A stretch of 64,000 bases of DNA from contig OZ251244.1 of assembly GCA_965240325.2 (NCBI GenBank), forward strand, positions 1,351,379-1,415,378. The letters run 5' to 3'. A program made the position numbers and the translations under genes. This document shows, one piece after another, positions 63,929 to 64,000 of the stretch. The stretch is from Rebecca billardiae RCC1528 (Eukaryota > Protista > Haptophyta). The notes under the pieces are model-generated. The model was not told the DNA's origin and did not search any database. It saw nothing but the letters and a program-made list of their open reading frames with translations. The first letter of the stretch is position 1; each line of letters opens with the position of its first letter.

Positions 63929-64000
63929 GGTTAGGGTTAGGGTTAGGGTTAGGGTTAGGGTTAGGTCGGGTTAGGGTTAGGGTTAGGGTTAGGGTTCGGG
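62167..64000 (+). repeat. Telomere (TTAGGG)n
   Basis: ~1.8 kb TTAGGG array to the window end, G-rich strand 5'->3' outward; scattered G/T indels. Confidence 0.99.

Noticed and set aside
62400-64000. TTAGGGG/TAGGG variants as real telomerase heterogeneity
   Set aside because: Homopolymer indels in the distal array are typical long-read consensus errors and cannot be distinguished here.

Overview
Very GC-rich eukaryotic chromosome end ending in a ~1.8 kb (TTAGGG)n telomere (62167-64000). High GC, short GC-rich introns (GTGCGC donors, CTCAC/CTGAC branch points, GCAG acceptors) and a signal-peptide-bearing MetAP suggest a haptophyte-like alga; this is inference only. Genes at 1-29.4 kb: partial hypothetical protein, F-box/RCC1 protein, MFS transporter, 3-exon patatin, GT25 glycosyltransferase, a multi-exon fusion of tandem cyclic-nucleotide-binding domains to a TDY-type MAP kinase, and, head-to-head with it, an ~11.5 kb Trithorax/KMT2-like SET gene. 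29.7-39.0 kb is a transposon stack: an element with CACAGTG...CACTGTG termini, then three nested TIR elements whose boundaries can be reconstructed from the sequence. Genes at 39.7-55.1 kb: DUF616 and GT92/GT2-like glycosyltransferases, a Ser/Thr kinase, MATE, MetAP1, Bcr/CflA MFS, a sodium:solute symporter and an XK-related protein. The subtelomere carries a second, gene-containing CACAGTG-ended element cut off by an 18-bp inverted-repeat module, a reversed CCCTAA-variant array and the telomere. Most notable: the cNMP-MAPK fusion, the RSS-heptamer-ended transposon family, the nested transposons, and telomeric repeats inside introns. Most long ORFs in the six-frame track are GC-rich shadow ORFs. 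All calls are by eye; no database searches were run.
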